A stretch of 48,382 bases of DNA from an uncultured Gammaproteobacteria bacterium (GCA_964441445.1 CAYTYO010000002.1:1-48382); one strand, 5' to 3'; counted from the first letter of the stretch, positions 28,275 to 38,048 are shown. A program made the numbers and translations. The notes: generated by a model from the letters alone, not told the origin.

Positions 28275-28937
28275 GTGGCCCTTCTAATTATCATTCTGCT
28301 CTTGCTTGAATCGGTTCTTCACTGCTTCTCCGTCCAAAAACTCGCCGTCCTTACTGGCATAGTTATCACTTTTCCGGTCATCTCCAGTCAAATACCCGAG
28401 CAAAAAATAGTTTACCTCCTTCTTATCAGCCTGTTTTGGTCTATCTATCGAATATTCAAAGGCCACATTGTCGGCAAAATCTCCTGGCTAATCTGTCTTT
28501 TAATTCTCATCTTTTCTGTCCTGGCAGCAAACAGTGTTATCAGCGCCGATTTTCACTTTGACGCCGAAAGAACGTTCATTGTAGACAATGACTATCCCGA
28601 AACCATCACCCGGTTTCAAACCACATCCGTCTATTTGCCATATCGTTTCCGCTCCATATTTTTTGCTTCCTGGATTATCCCCATTTCCCTCCTCGGCCGT
28701 GGTTTTTCTCTTTTTTGGTTCGATCAGATTGTCCCCGCCATAGGCCTCGTTGCATTATTACCTTTAATAATCAGTTTATCTCTCCGGCCCAAATTTTTGA
28801 CTCTCGTGCCAATATTTTTTGCTGCTGTAACTGCCGGTCTGAGCCGAAATCCCGACACTTCAGGTTTATATCTTTTGTGTCTGCCTTTCTTAATTACCCT
28901 TATTTCCGACAGTCTAAATATTACGATCAAAAGATGA
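28275..28937 (+). CDS. Integral membrane protein coupled to the downstream glycosyltransferase
   Basis: Hydrophobic 220-aa ORF with a GTG start. It ends in an ATGA overlap with the next gene. The true start is uncertain because an antisense 60-aa ORF covers its 5' part. Confidence 0.55.
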   Translation: MALLIIILLLLESVLHCFSVQKLAVLTGIVITFPVISSQIPEQKIVYLLLISLFWSIYRIFKGHIVGKISWLICLLILIFSVLAANSVISADFHFDAERTFIVDNDYPETITRFQTTSVYLPYRFRSIFFASWIIPISLLGRGFSLFWFDQIVPAIGLVALLPLIISLSLRPKFLTLVPIFFAAVTAGLSRNPDTSGLYLLCLPFLITLISDSLNITIKR

Positions 28938-30445
28938 AAATCAGACTTATATTGCTAGGCGTTATCGTTTTTATTGCCGGATTTTTGCGTTTGTATCAAA
29001 TAAATTCCGTTCCCCCGCATCTGTCAAATGATGAAATTTCTCTGGCTTTCGACAGCTACAGTCTGCTCACCACCGCCAAAGATCAACACGGCCGCCCATT
29101 TCCTGTGTCTTTGAAATCTCATGGTGATTACAAAGCCCCCCTTTACAGTTATTTAGCCACACCTTTTGTTTTTCTTCTCGGCAACACTACCTTAGCTGTC
29201 AAACTACCCTCCGTAATTGCCGGAGTACTTACTGTACTGGTTATTTTCTACCTCTCGCTCCACCTCACCCGAAATCCCCAGGTTTCCCTCTTTTCCGCTT
29301 TGGTTGCTGCCACTTCATTTTGGTCAATCACCACCTCCCATGGCGTAGCTGAGACCAATCTTGCTTTATTGTTCCTGTGTTTAGGCGTACTTTTCTTAAT
29401 CCGGAAAAAATCTCTTCCGTTATCAGCCCTATTTTTGGCCATGTCTATGTACGGCTACCACACCGAAAAGGGTCTTGTTCCTCTGATCATTCTCGTTTGG
29501 TTATTCGTCTTCCGGCCCAAACTGAAAGCCATATTAACGCTCCTGCTGCCGTTAGGCTTATTGCTTCTTCCGCAAATCTTCGACCTTGGAACCACAGCCA
29601 GAGCCGGAGCCGAAGTTATCTGGAATGAGACCGGCAATAATTTCCCCAAAACCATATCCGTTTTTGTTTCAAACTACTTTGCCTACATCAATCCGGGCTA
29701 TTTATTCTTCTCCGGCTTGGGTATCTTTCATGGCCAGCACCCTTACAACCCCGGCCTATTCACCTGGCCTTTAGTTATTCCTTTTTTTCTAGGTCTTTTT
29801 CAGCTCAAACCCACACGTTTTCCGCCCATCAAATTCCTGTTGCTGTGGTTAATTGTTTCACCCGTTATCCCCGCTCTGACACATGGTGGTCCGAGTTTAC
29901 TACGAAATTTAACCAGCCTTGCACCTTTGTCACTAATAATTGGCCAGGGCATGCATTTCCTGTTTAAACGTCTCCCGCGTTTGTTTTGGATCTTAGCTGT
30001 AGTCTTCGTCATCTTTACCGTTTATTACCTTCCGGTTTACTATTATCATTTCCCCCGCGAACGTGCCGGCACTTACCAGGGATATCGCCCCATTGCCGAA
30101 TACCTCCGCAATCACGTTAATGACTTTACCCATGTCCAAATTGACGATCGTTTCGGTCCCCTGAATGAGTTCATAGGTGTGCCGCATCTCTTTATTGGCT
30201 TTTACTCTCCCCTTTCCCCTTCAGTCATCCAAAGTCCCGTTCATACTCCGGAAGGAAGTTTCTATGCTGACATTTTTTCTGTCTCCTGGATTAACTGGAC
30301 TTCACAAACTCCCGTTCCTTCCACCTGGTATATTGTCGGTGTCGGCAACACCCCGCCGGACAGTGTTAAAAAGAACTATCGTCTGGTTACCGACTTTCCC
30401 GACATTTCCGGAAAAACTGCCTTTGAAATTTGGACTGCGATATAA
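28934..30445 (+). CDS. GT-C glycosyltransferase, family 39 / ArnT-PMT_2-like
   Basis: MKIRLILLGVIVFIAGFLRLYQINSVPPHLSNDEISLAFDSYSL shows TM1, then the first-loop DE motif, then many TM helices and a C-terminal soluble domain. The start is set at the internal ATG (28934). Confidence 0.85.
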   Translation: MKIRLILLGVIVFIAGFLRLYQINSVPPHLSNDEISLAFDSYSLLTTAKDQHGRPFPVSLKSHGDYKAPLYSYLATPFVFLLGNTTLAVKLPSVIAGVLTVLVIFYLSLHLTRNPQVSLFSALVAATSFWSITTSHGVAETNLALLFLCLGVLFLIRKKSLPLSALFLAMSMYGYHTEKGLVPLIILVWLFVFRPKLKAILTLLLPLGLLLLPQIFDLGTTARAGAEVIWNETGNNFPKTISVFVSNYFAYINPGYLFFSGLGIFHGQHPYNPGLFTWPLVIPFFLGLFQLKPTRFPPIKFLLLWLIVSPVIPALTHGGPSLLRNLTSLAPLSLIIGQGMHFLFKRLPRLFWILAVVFVIFTVYYLPVYYYHFPRERAGTYQGYRPIAEYLRNHVNDFTHVQIDDRFGPLNEFIGVPHLFIGFYSPLSPSVIQSPVHTPEGSFYADIFSVSWINWTSQTPVPSTWYIVGVGNTPPDSVKKNYRLVTDFPDISGKTAFEIWTAI

Positions 30446-30456
30446 TAACCGTCACT

Positions 30457-30732
30457 ATGGACGAAAAAATTCTTGTCATTAAACGCGATGGATCGAAAGA
30501 ACCCTTTGATCCGGAAAAGATTTCCCGCGTCACTTTGGCGGCCGGCTTAAACCAGGATCAGGTTCAACTCTTGTCACGTAAACTCACCCTCTGGGCATCA
30601 TCTCTCGGTACGAACGAGATCTCGTCATTGGATATCCGCGACCAGGTATTAAATGAATTGGAAAGCATTGATGAAAATGTCGCCCGGTTCTTCCGTTGGT
30701 ACCAAAAAACCAAAGACACTCCTCATTCATAA
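30457..30732 (+). CDS. Stand-alone ATP-cone domain protein
   Basis: MDEKILVIKRDGSKEPFDPEKISRVTLAAG... fits the ATP-cone start (KRDG..E.FD..KI). There is no zinc ribbon and no RNR catalytic domain. It starts 11 nt after the GT39 stop. Confidence 0.75.
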   Translation: MDEKILVIKRDGSKEPFDPEKISRVTLAAGLNQDQVQLLSRKLTLWASSLGTNEISSLDIRDQVLNELESIDENVARFFRWYQKTKDTPHS

Positions 30733-31677
30733 ATTCTGCAGCTTTTCTGTTAGTTCCGCATATGAATTTACTCCCATCAACGTTTGCCTTTCCGCCGCTG
30801 CACCTTCGTACCCAGCTACATACATTTTGATGTTTTTTTTCATCTCGCCAAACGGCTTCTTACCCTGCCATTCCGCTTCATACAGGCGAGCGTGATCACT
30901 AAGGGCCATAAGTCTTTCCGTCTTTGTTAATATTCTTCGCTCAGCTGCAAACGCCGCCGGATTTTCAAATACTCCTCTTCCAATCATCACCCCGTCCATT
31001 TGAAACTGCAAAAATAGTTCTTTTGCCTGTTGTCTGTCTTTAACATCCCCATTCCCACAAATTAGCGTCTCTGTCTTTTTCCTCCTTTTTATGTCCACGA
31101 TCTTTTCCATTTCCTCCCAGCTTGCGGGCACTGCGGATTGTTCAGCCGCAGTTCGTAAGTGAAAGGTTATCTCCGCCAAACCCTGATCCAAAAGAAAATC
31201 CGCCCAATCTTCAGTTACGACCTTTTTATAACCAATCCTGGTTTTTACCGACACCGGCAACTTCCCGCCTTCTCTTGTCGCTGCAATTATTTCCTTCACC
31301 CTTTGCCACTGCTCTTTCTCAATCATTCTGCTGCAGGCGCCAATTTTAACCACATCCCTAACCGGACAACCCAAATTAATATCAATGCCGTCAACTCCAA
31401 GCTCGGAAATTTTGTGAGCTGCCGCAAAAAAAATCTCCGGATCCACTCCCCATATTTGCGCTACAATTGGCCTTTCCTCCTGAAGGTATTTTAGCCTGAC
31501 AGAGACCTTATCAAATCCTTCTGAACATATTCCGTTTACATTTGTAAACTCGGTGTAAAACACATCCGGTCGCCCGAACTTGGCGATTGACCGGCGAAAC
31601 ACCGTATCAGTAACACCTTCCATCGGTGCCAGTGACACAAACGGTCTGGGTAGTTTTTTCCAAAATCCCATTTCCAT
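30727..31677 (-). CDS. dus: tRNA-dihydrouridine synthase
   Basis: LAPMEGVTDTVFRR, DGIDINLGCPV, SVKTRIGY, TFHLRTA. Confidence 0.92.
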   Translation of the reverse strand: MEMGFWKKLPRPFVSLAPMEGVTDTVFRRSIAKFGRPDVFYTEFTNVNGICSEGFDKVSVRLKYLQEERPIVAQIWGVDPEIFFAAAHKISELGVDGIDINLGCPVRDVVKIGACSRMIEKEQWQRVKEIIAATREGGKLPVSVKTRIGYKKVVTEDWADFLLDQGLAEITFHLRTAAEQSAVPASWEEMEKIVDIKRRKKTETLICGNGDVKDRQQAKELFLQFQMDGVMIGRGVFENPAAFAAERRILTKTERLMALSDHARLYEAEWQGKKPFGEMKKNIKMYVAGYEGAAAERQTLMGVNSYAELTEKLQNL

Positions 31678-31746
31678 ATCGCCAATTATACCGGCTAACC
31701 AAGGTCAACCATTAGAAATCGCCTGACTTTCTTATATAATCTCCTT

Positions 31747-33345
31747 GTGTTGAAAAGATTTTTGTTTCACCCGCTGACGTGGATCTTTATTTTAGCCTTG
31801 TTTCTCCGTTTTTGGCATCTGACCTCTCTTCCCTCCGGCTTCCATGTCGATGAAGTGAAAGTCGGCTGGAATGCCTACTCCCTGTTTAAAACCGGCCGTG
31901 ACGATTGGTGGCATGCATTTCCTCTCCACTACGATACTTTCGGTGATCAACGGCCAACGGGCCTTTTCTACGCCTCTGTTCCGGCCATAGCCGCCTTTGG
32001 TCTGAACGAATTTGCGGTTCGTTTTACCCCGGCCATCTTTGGGGCTTTAGCAGTTCTGTCCGTATTTTTTCTCACCAAGCAGATTACCGGTAATAATTCC
32101 GCGGCCTCGCTTTCCGCCCTCATGTTGGCCATCTCTCCCTGGCATATTACCCTCAGTCGGGCCACCTCCGAAGGTATCGTTGCCACAACCCTCATATTGC
32201 TGGCCATGCTTTTTCAAATCCGCGCCTTATCCAAAAAACAGTTTGCTCCCACTCTCATTTCCCTCTTATTTTATCTTTCCTCATATTTCTTCTACCACAC
32301 CTCTCGCCTGCTAATTCCGCTTTTTGTCTTTGCCATCATCATCTACTTTAGAAAAATCCGCATTTCTTCACTCTTACTTCTCGGCTGCACTTCACTTTTA
32401 ACTGTTGTACTGGCGCTCTCACCTGCTGCCCGTGGTCGATTATCTCAGGTGTCTATATTCTCAGACCAGAGCATAAAAATCGAGTTGGATCGTCTTCCGT
32501 TTGAAGAAGGCGATAACCACATTTTTGTAGCCCGGGCCCTGCACAATAAAATTGTGTTATACGCCTCGCGCTTCTTCAATGAATATTCACAATATATAAG
32601 CGGAAAATTCCTCCTCTCCTTCCAGGAAGCCAAACCCTCCCGGTATCAAACTGCCACCAAGGGTTTACTCCTTTATTCCGAATTTGTTCTCCTAGGCATA
32701 GGATTAATCTCCGTTGCCCGGAAAAAGTTTCCTTCCCTCCCCGTTCTGCTGCTGCTTTTAAGCCCCCTTCCGGCTGCCCTTACCACCGAAGACGCTCCCA
32801 ATCTCCATCGCTCCCTGGTCATGTCCCCCTTCATCTCCATGATCGCCGGATTTGGCCTACTTCATATCTTACGCATTCGTCGCCGACTTTTTGCCATTAC
32901 TGTTCTTATTTTAGCTGTCGAATTATTTCACTACTCCCACCTGTATATTGTCCACAACCCGGTCCGGGACGCCCTCACCTTACCCCGGAATGTCGGAGCC
33001 ACCGAACTTATTACTGCCATCGGTCGGCTTTCCCCTCAGTATACGAATATCTATCTCACTAACCGACCCGACCACCTTTATCCCTGGTTTGCGTTTCTTA
33101 CCGGTAAGGATCCGCGTCAGTTCAATCCTCTGCTTTCATTCGGAAAATCCCGCGACTGGACGTATACCAATCTCGTCTTTTCCCAATTCCGCTGTCCTTC
33201 CAGTTTCGTCCAGGATCATAACCTCCAGCACACTCTGGCGGTTGACGCCGAAGGCTGCCCCACGCCCACAAGATTGGTTAATGTCGAAAACATCAGCCGG
33301 ATCAGCGGCGGCACAACTTATACTCTCTGGAGTTCGAAAGACTAG
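31747..33345 (+). CDS. GT-C glycosyltransferase, family 39 / ArnT-PMT_2-like (paralogue of 28934-30445)
   Basis: FLRFWHLTSLPSGFHVDEVKVGWNAYSLFKTGRDDWWHAFPL has the same TM1/DE-loop layout as the paralogue. About 12 TM helices and a soluble C-terminal domain. GTG start. Confidence 0.85.
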   Translation: MLKRFLFHPLTWIFILALFLRFWHLTSLPSGFHVDEVKVGWNAYSLFKTGRDDWWHAFPLHYDTFGDQRPTGLFYASVPAIAAFGLNEFAVRFTPAIFGALAVLSVFFLTKQITGNNSAASLSALMLAISPWHITLSRATSEGIVATTLILLAMLFQIRALSKKQFAPTLISLLFYLSSYFFYHTSRLLIPLFVFAIIIYFRKIRISSLLLLGCTSLLTVVLALSPAARGRLSQVSIFSDQSIKIELDRLPFEEGDNHIFVARALHNKIVLYASRFFNEYSQYISGKFLLSFQEAKPSRYQTATKGLLLYSEFVLLGIGLISVARKKFPSLPVLLLLLSPLPAALTTEDAPNLHRSLVMSPFISMIAGFGLLHILRIRRRLFAITVLILAVELFHYSHLYIVHNPVRDALTLPRNVGATELITAIGRLSPQYTNIYLTNRPDHLYPWFAFLTGKDPRQFNPLLSFGKSRDWTYTNLVFSQFRCPSSFVQDHNLQHTLAVDAEGCPTPTRLVNVENISRISGGTTYTLWSSKD

Positions 33346-33347
33346 GC

Positions 33348-34664
33348 ATGATCTTTTCTAACCCCTTCAAAGTACAGCTTTCCCGTCCCGGCCTTTTTGT
33401 CGCCTGGGCACTTGTCTGCGTCACCATAGGGCTTTTCCTCCTCTCCAAACCCTCGCTAGCTTTTGTTTCTCCCACCAATTTAATCCTCACCGTCAGCCAG
33501 GTTACTGCTCTTTGCGGAATAACTCTCTTAAGTTTTACCTATTTTCTTTCCAGCCGGGCCGGTTTTCTGGAAAAAATATTTGGTGGTTTAGACCAGGTTT
33601 ACCGCCTTCACCACCTTATGGGTGTCACCAGTTTTATCTTACTAATTACCCATCCCGTGTTCTTAATCCTCAATGTTTTCCCTTACCTTCGCTTGTCAGT
33701 AATTTACCTTCTTCCCACAATTTCCGGACTTGACTATGACTTTGGAATATTAGCTTTTTACACCTTAATCATCCTCGTATCGCTTACACTTTTTGTGCGA
33801 CTTCCATATCACATTTGGAAATCAACCCACGAATACATGGGGATAGTTATTTTTCTCGGCTTTCTTCATACCCTCTTAATTGAAAGTGACATCTCCCGCT
33901 TTCTCCCTTTGCGAATTTGGATCTTGTCCCTGACATCTTTGGGGTTACTTTTTCATTTCTACCGTCGCTTTTTCTATGACCGTTTCGGTCCTGTGCATAA
34001 ATATCAAGTTAACCGGGTAAGCAAGCAAGGTGCAATCACGGAAATTTTTCTTTCTCCCTTAAACCGGCCGCTTCGCCATCATCCGGGTCAGTTTGTCTTT
34101 GTAAAATTTTCCGGTTTTCCGCGTCTGGCCGAATCACATCCGTTTTCCATCTCCTCCGCCCCAGGAAGTTCTCTGCTGCGGTTGTCTATTAAACGTCTTG
34201 GTGACTACACCGAACGGCTAAATAAAATTGAAATAGGAACCCCAGCCGTCCTGTCAGGTCCGTACGGCCTGCTTTATAGTCGCTTTAATGATTGTGATAC
34301 AGCCGTTTGTATAGCCGGAGGTATCGGCATCACCCCGTTCATAAGTCTATTTGAATCAAAAATCCGTTCCTTTTCCAAACCCACGTATCTGTTTTACTCA
34401 GTTAAAAACCTGACCGATGCATATTACTCTTCCCAGCTTTTAGAACTTTCCCGTCATAAAAAATTCTTTTACCGTTTGCACAATACTGCCAAACAGGGTC
34501 GCATTACTGCCGCCGAAATTATTAATAAAACCGCCGTTGATCATCGGGTTGCCACCTATTTTATTTGTGGTCCTCTGCCGATGATGATTTCTCTCCGTGA
34601 CCAGCTTTTAGACCTCGGTGTTAAACCTTCCCGTATAATTTTCGAAGACTTCAATCTTAAGTAG
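33348..34664 (+). CDS. NOX/FRE-type flavocytochrome (ferric-reductase TM domain + FAD- and NAD(P)H-binding domains)
   Basis: Two His pairs lie in TM helices: LHHLMGVTSFILLITH and HEYMGIVIFLGFLH, with spacing 13-14. Also HPGQFVFVKF, the HPFSISSAP FAD motif, CIAGGIGITPF and YFICGP NAD(P)H motifs. The ATG is 2 nt after the GT39 stop. Confidence 0.85.
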   Translation: MIFSNPFKVQLSRPGLFVAWALVCVTIGLFLLSKPSLAFVSPTNLILTVSQVTALCGITLLSFTYFLSSRAGFLEKIFGGLDQVYRLHHLMGVTSFILLITHPVFLILNVFPYLRLSVIYLLPTISGLDYDFGILAFYTLIILVSLTLFVRLPYHIWKSTHEYMGIVIFLGFLHTLLIESDISRFLPLRIWILSLTSLGLLFHFYRRFFYDRFGPVHKYQVNRVSKQGAITEIFLSPLNRPLRHHPGQFVFVKFSGFPRLAESHPFSISSAPGSSLLRLSIKRLGDYTERLNKIEIGTPAVLSGPYGLLYSRFNDCDTAVCIAGGIGITPFISLFESKIRSFSKPTYLFYSVKNLTDAYYSSQLLELSRHKKFFYRLHNTAKQGRITAAEIINKTAVDHRVATYFICGPLPMMISLRDQLLDLGVKPSRIIFEDFNLK

Positions 34665-34683
34665 CGATACCGAAAGATTGTGA

Positions 34684-35385
34684 CTACTCTCCCACAATCA
34701 CTACTGCATCCACCCCTCCGGAAGCCGCCAGCAACTCATCATCCGTCGTAAAACCATCGACCACCGTATATTTGCCCCCCAAATCCTTCTTTAGCATCGG
34801 CCAATAAGCCGACTTTGCCTTAGCCAAAACTATTTCAGTCTTCACGTAATCCGTTTTCTTTGCATTCCCTGTTTCCACATTCATATATCCTAAACTTTCC
34901 AGGTAAATCTTGGCCGCAGCGGCGACACCTTTACCGCCGGTGCCGTTTAGAACCTTGATCTTCAGATCAGCTCTTTTTTGTTCAACTGCTGCTGGCGTAG
35001 GTGTAGCCTCTGGTTTTACCGTAGGCGACACCGACTGCTCCTGCACATCTGTCGCTATCAAACTGTTAATTCCCAAACTTAATCTTTGCCCCCACAACAC
35101 ATAACCCGCAACTATTCCTAAACACAATCCCAAAATAAAAGCTATCGACATACCTAAAAATCCGCCCTTTCTCCCGCCACGTCGTGTAGTTTTCTCATCT
35201 GAATTTTCTGTCTCCGCTGCACGAACCGGAGTATTACCTTGATCCACCAGCTTTGCCAAAGTATCAATAGATCTGGTCAAATCGCCTCCCTCTTCTGGTT
35301 TTTCCACTTCCGCTTCCAAAATCACTTTTGGTTGTTCTTCCTGTTCAACCACTGCTTCTAAATGGGCTTCTGTTTTCTTCATCAC
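34684..35385 (-). CDS. Membrane-anchored LytR_C domain protein
   Basis: Acidic N-terminus, one TM, and C-terminal LKIKVLNGTGGKGVAAAAKIYLESLGYMNVETGNAKK. Confidence 0.7.
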   Translation of the reverse strand: MMKKTEAHLEAVVEQEEQPKVILEAEVEKPEEGGDLTRSIDTLAKLVDQGNTPVRAAETENSDEKTTRRGGRKGGFLGMSIAFILGLCLGIVAGYVLWGQRLSLGINSLIATDVQEQSVSPTVKPEATPTPAAVEQKRADLKIKVLNGTGGKGVAAAAKIYLESLGYMNVETGNAKKTDYVKTEIVLAKAKSAYWPMLKKDLGGKYTVVDGFTTDDELLAASGGVDAVVIVGE

Positions 35386-35539
35386 TACATACTACCAAAT
35401 ATCACCAACCCGGATCAATCCTTCGCGCATGTCTCGCCGCAAAACACCCTCGTAGACTGGCCGGCAAATATATTATCTGTTCCCTCTACTAACAACATTT
35501 CATCTCTTCTCAATTAGATTGATTTCCCTTTAACCTACC

Positions 35540-36697
35540 TCACTTTGTATCTTCAGTCAACTTGCTGAAATACTTTTTTCCGCGCAACTTTTCCGGTAAC
35601 AGACTATCTCTGGTGTATTTGTCATATCCTTTTCCGTATCCCAATTCCTTCATCAGTTTCGTCGGAGCATTCCGCACCCGCATCGGTATCGGTAAATTCC
35701 CGTGTTGGTTCACGTCAGCTAGTGCTTCCATATATGCGTCATATGCCCGGCGATCTTTTTTACATGCTGCCAAATAAGCCACCCCCGCAGCTAAATTTTC
35801 CTGACACTCCGGATATCCGATTGTCTCACATGCCCGGAACACCGCATTGGCGACTACCAGTGCCGTCGGCACTGCCATTCCGACATCTTCAGACGCAAAC
35901 ACGACCATCCGTCTGGCGATAAACAAAGGATCTTCACCGGCAGCTACCATCCGGGCCAGATAATACAATGCTGCATCAATATCACTTGCCCGCATAGCTT
36001 TTATAAACGCTGATATCGTGTTGTAATGCTCGTCACCCAGCTTGTCATACCGCAGATGCTTAGACTGTAGTGTATTCTTCAAAGTCTCGACATTTACTTT
36101 CCCGTACAGCTCTTGGGTATTTTCAATCATGGTAATCACCTGCCGGGCATCACCGTTTGCCATCGCCACCAACCACTCCCTCGCCTCTTTATTCATCGTG
36201 ACCCCAGTTCTCTTTACAATCGCAAGCATTTCCACTTCATTCAATTCATTTAGCACAAACACCCGGCATCTGGATAGCAAAGGCGAAATTACCTCAAAGC
36301 TGGGATTTTCTGTGGTCGCCCCGATTAACGTAATCGTCCCGTTTTCCACATGCGGCAATAGATAATCCTGCTGGGCCTTGTTAAACCGGTGTATCTCGTC
36401 CAGGAACAACACTGTGGGTATCAATGCTCCTCTGGCGGCTTCCACCACCTTTCTGACATCATCCTTGCCGGCATCCACCGCCGACAGATTTACAAACTGG
36501 GCCCCCAACCCTTCAGCATAAATCCGCGCCAATGTGGTTTTACCTACACCCGGTGGCCCCCACAGGATGAAAGAAAATTTATGTTTATTCTCAATTGCAA
36601 TCCTCAGTGGTTTATCTACACCCACTAAATGTGTCTGCCCGACGTAATCACTTAATTGTTTCGGTCGAAGTCTTTCCGCCAAGGGTGCGAGTTCCAT
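35540..36697 (-). CDS. rarA: Replication-associated recombination protein A (AAA+ ATPase)
   Basis: LAERLRPKQLSDYVGQ, Walker A LWGPPGVGKTTLARI, Walker B LFLDEIHRFNKAQQD, C-terminal MgsA helical domain. Confidence 0.93.
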   Translation of the reverse strand: MELAPLAERLRPKQLSDYVGQTHLVGVDKPLRIAIENKHKFSFILWGPPGVGKTTLARIYAEGLGAQFVNLSAVDAGKDDVRKVVEAARGALIPTVLFLDEIHRFNKAQQDYLLPHVENGTITLIGATTENPSFEVISPLLSRCRVFVLNELNEVEMLAIVKRTGVTMNKEAREWLVAMANGDARQVITMIENTQELYGKVNVETLKNTLQSKHLRYDKLGDEHYNTISAFIKAMRASDIDAALYYLARMVAAGEDPLFIARRMVVFASEDVGMAVPTALVVANAVFRACETIGYPECQENLAAGVAYLAACKKDRRAYDAYMEALADVNQHGNLPIPMRVRNAPTKLMKELGYGKGYDKYTRDSLLPEKLRGKKYFSKLTEDTK

Positions 36698-36747
36698 ATC
36701 CGTAAGTATATACCCAAATAAAACCCAAATAAACTCTCTGCTTTCAC

Positions 36748-36954
36748 CTACCCTACTACCTTATACCCTTGGCCTTCAATCGCTGCTATTATTTTTTGCT
36801 CACTCACTGCTTGCGGATCAAACTCCACCTTAACTATCTGTTTTACATAATCGCAATCGGCCTTTGCCCCCAAATCTTCAATCTCGCCTTCAATTAGCAA
36901 ACTGCAGGAAGTACAGTGCAGTCCGGATAACTTAAAGATTTTTGTCGCAATCAT
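36748..36954 (-). CDS. Heavy-metal-associated (HMA) domain metallochaperone, CopZ-like
   Basis: 68 aa with an LSGLHCTSCSLLIEGEI CxxC metal-binding loop. Confidence 0.85.
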   Translation of the reverse strand: MIATKIFKLSGLHCTSCSLLIEGEIEDLGAKADCDYVKQIVKVEFDPQAVSEQKIIAAIEGQGYKVVG

Positions 36955-36969
36955 ATTTTTAATAATTAT

Positions 36970-38025
36970 TTAATTAACAATTGCCAGTCGGCCCTCATAC
37001 ATGCCCATACTGCACGCAAATGCTAATTCCTTCTGATCTGTGGGCACCGTCAGTTCAACCGTTTTCTGCGTCCCCGGCGGCACCAACTGGGAAATCCCCA
37101 GTGTCGGAATTGTAAAAGCCTGAACGCACCCATATCCCCCTTTATTAACCAAATTTAGTTTAATCTTGCTTCCCGCCTTTACTACCTTTTTGTCTGTCGC
37201 ATACCCATAACTGTTAAAAGTCACTGTAATCTCGTCAGCAGGTGTACTTGCTGACAACACCTCATTTCCTTCACAATAGCTGATTGTGCACTTAATCTCC
37301 TGCCAAAGTTTTTGCGCCGTCACCCGGCTGCCATTCAAAACCAATGCCGAATTAATACTCAACAACGCCATTCCCAAAACTACAACTCCGGCCACTTTCA
37401 AAAATATTTGTTTCTGCAAATCTCCGAACTTTGACAGCACCAACCCGAAAGCCAAAAACAACGGACTGGTTCCTAAAACAAAACTTCCCAATATCCCCGC
37501 CCCCCACATGGGACTACCCGAAGACACAGCCAGTGCCATCATGGCCTGAGTAATGCCGCAGGGGATAAAAATCGTCGCAGCGCCTAATACCGCCGGTGCA
37601 AAAAAATTCCCGCTTTTAGAAGTGCTGCGGATAAACTTTTTTAAAAACCCCGGAGTTTGAATTACAAACCTCCTGAAAAACGGGTGCACATCCAGCATTG
37701 CTCCAGCTACACCCAACATGTAAATCCCGATCAACCCTTGAAATATTCCTGATGTTCTAGGATTTAGTACCACTGCCGATCCGATTAATCCCAAGATCGC
37801 ACCTACTAAAATATGTGCCACTAACTTCGCCACTAAAAATATTCCCACCTCGGCAAATCCCACCTTGGTATCAGGGTCATTACTGCCTTTCACCCTTGCA
37901 GCAACTGTTGCCGTCAATAACCCCCCCTGCACCGCCATACATGTTATTCCGCCCGTTAAAAGACCTGTCAAAAATATCAACCACAAACTCGGCATGTTGT
38001 ATATATTACTTCCAACCCCCCCCAT
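36970..38025 (-). CDS. DsbD_2/TauE-like permease fused to a C-terminal cupredoxin-like domain
   Basis: About 6 or more TM helices with Cys in TM1 (GGITCMAVQGG). A ~110-aa beta-rich soluble tail ends FACSMGMYEGRLAIVN. The start may be the internal MPSLWLIF (37995). The function call is tentative. Confidence 0.6.
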   Translation of the reverse strand: MGGVGSNIYNMPSLWLIFLTGLLTGGITCMAVQGGLLTATVAARVKGSNDPDTKVGFAEVGIFLVAKLVAHILVGAILGLIGSAVVLNPRTSGIFQGLIGIYMLGVAGAMLDVHPFFRRFVIQTPGFLKKFIRSTSKSGNFFAPAVLGAATIFIPCGITQAMMALAVSSGSPMWGAGILGSFVLGTSPLFLAFGLVLSKFGDLQKQIFLKVAGVVVLGMALLSINSALVLNGSRVTAQKLWQEIKCTISYCEGNEVLSASTPADEITVTFNSYGYATDKKVVKAGSKIKLNLVNKGGYGCVQAFTIPTLGISQLVPPGTQKTVELTVPTDQKELAFACSMGMYEGRLAIVN

Positions 38026-38048
38026 AAAGTCAACCGGACTTTACTTCG

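Noticed and set aside
28284-28466. Hydrophilic 60-aa minus-strand ORF antisense to the 5' part of the membrane-protein ORF at 28275-28937.
   Set aside because: I cannot decide by eye. I kept the plus-strand gene because it is ATGA-coupled to the glycosyltransferase. The true plus-strand start may lie downstream of this ORF, so this needs codon-bias or conservation analysis.
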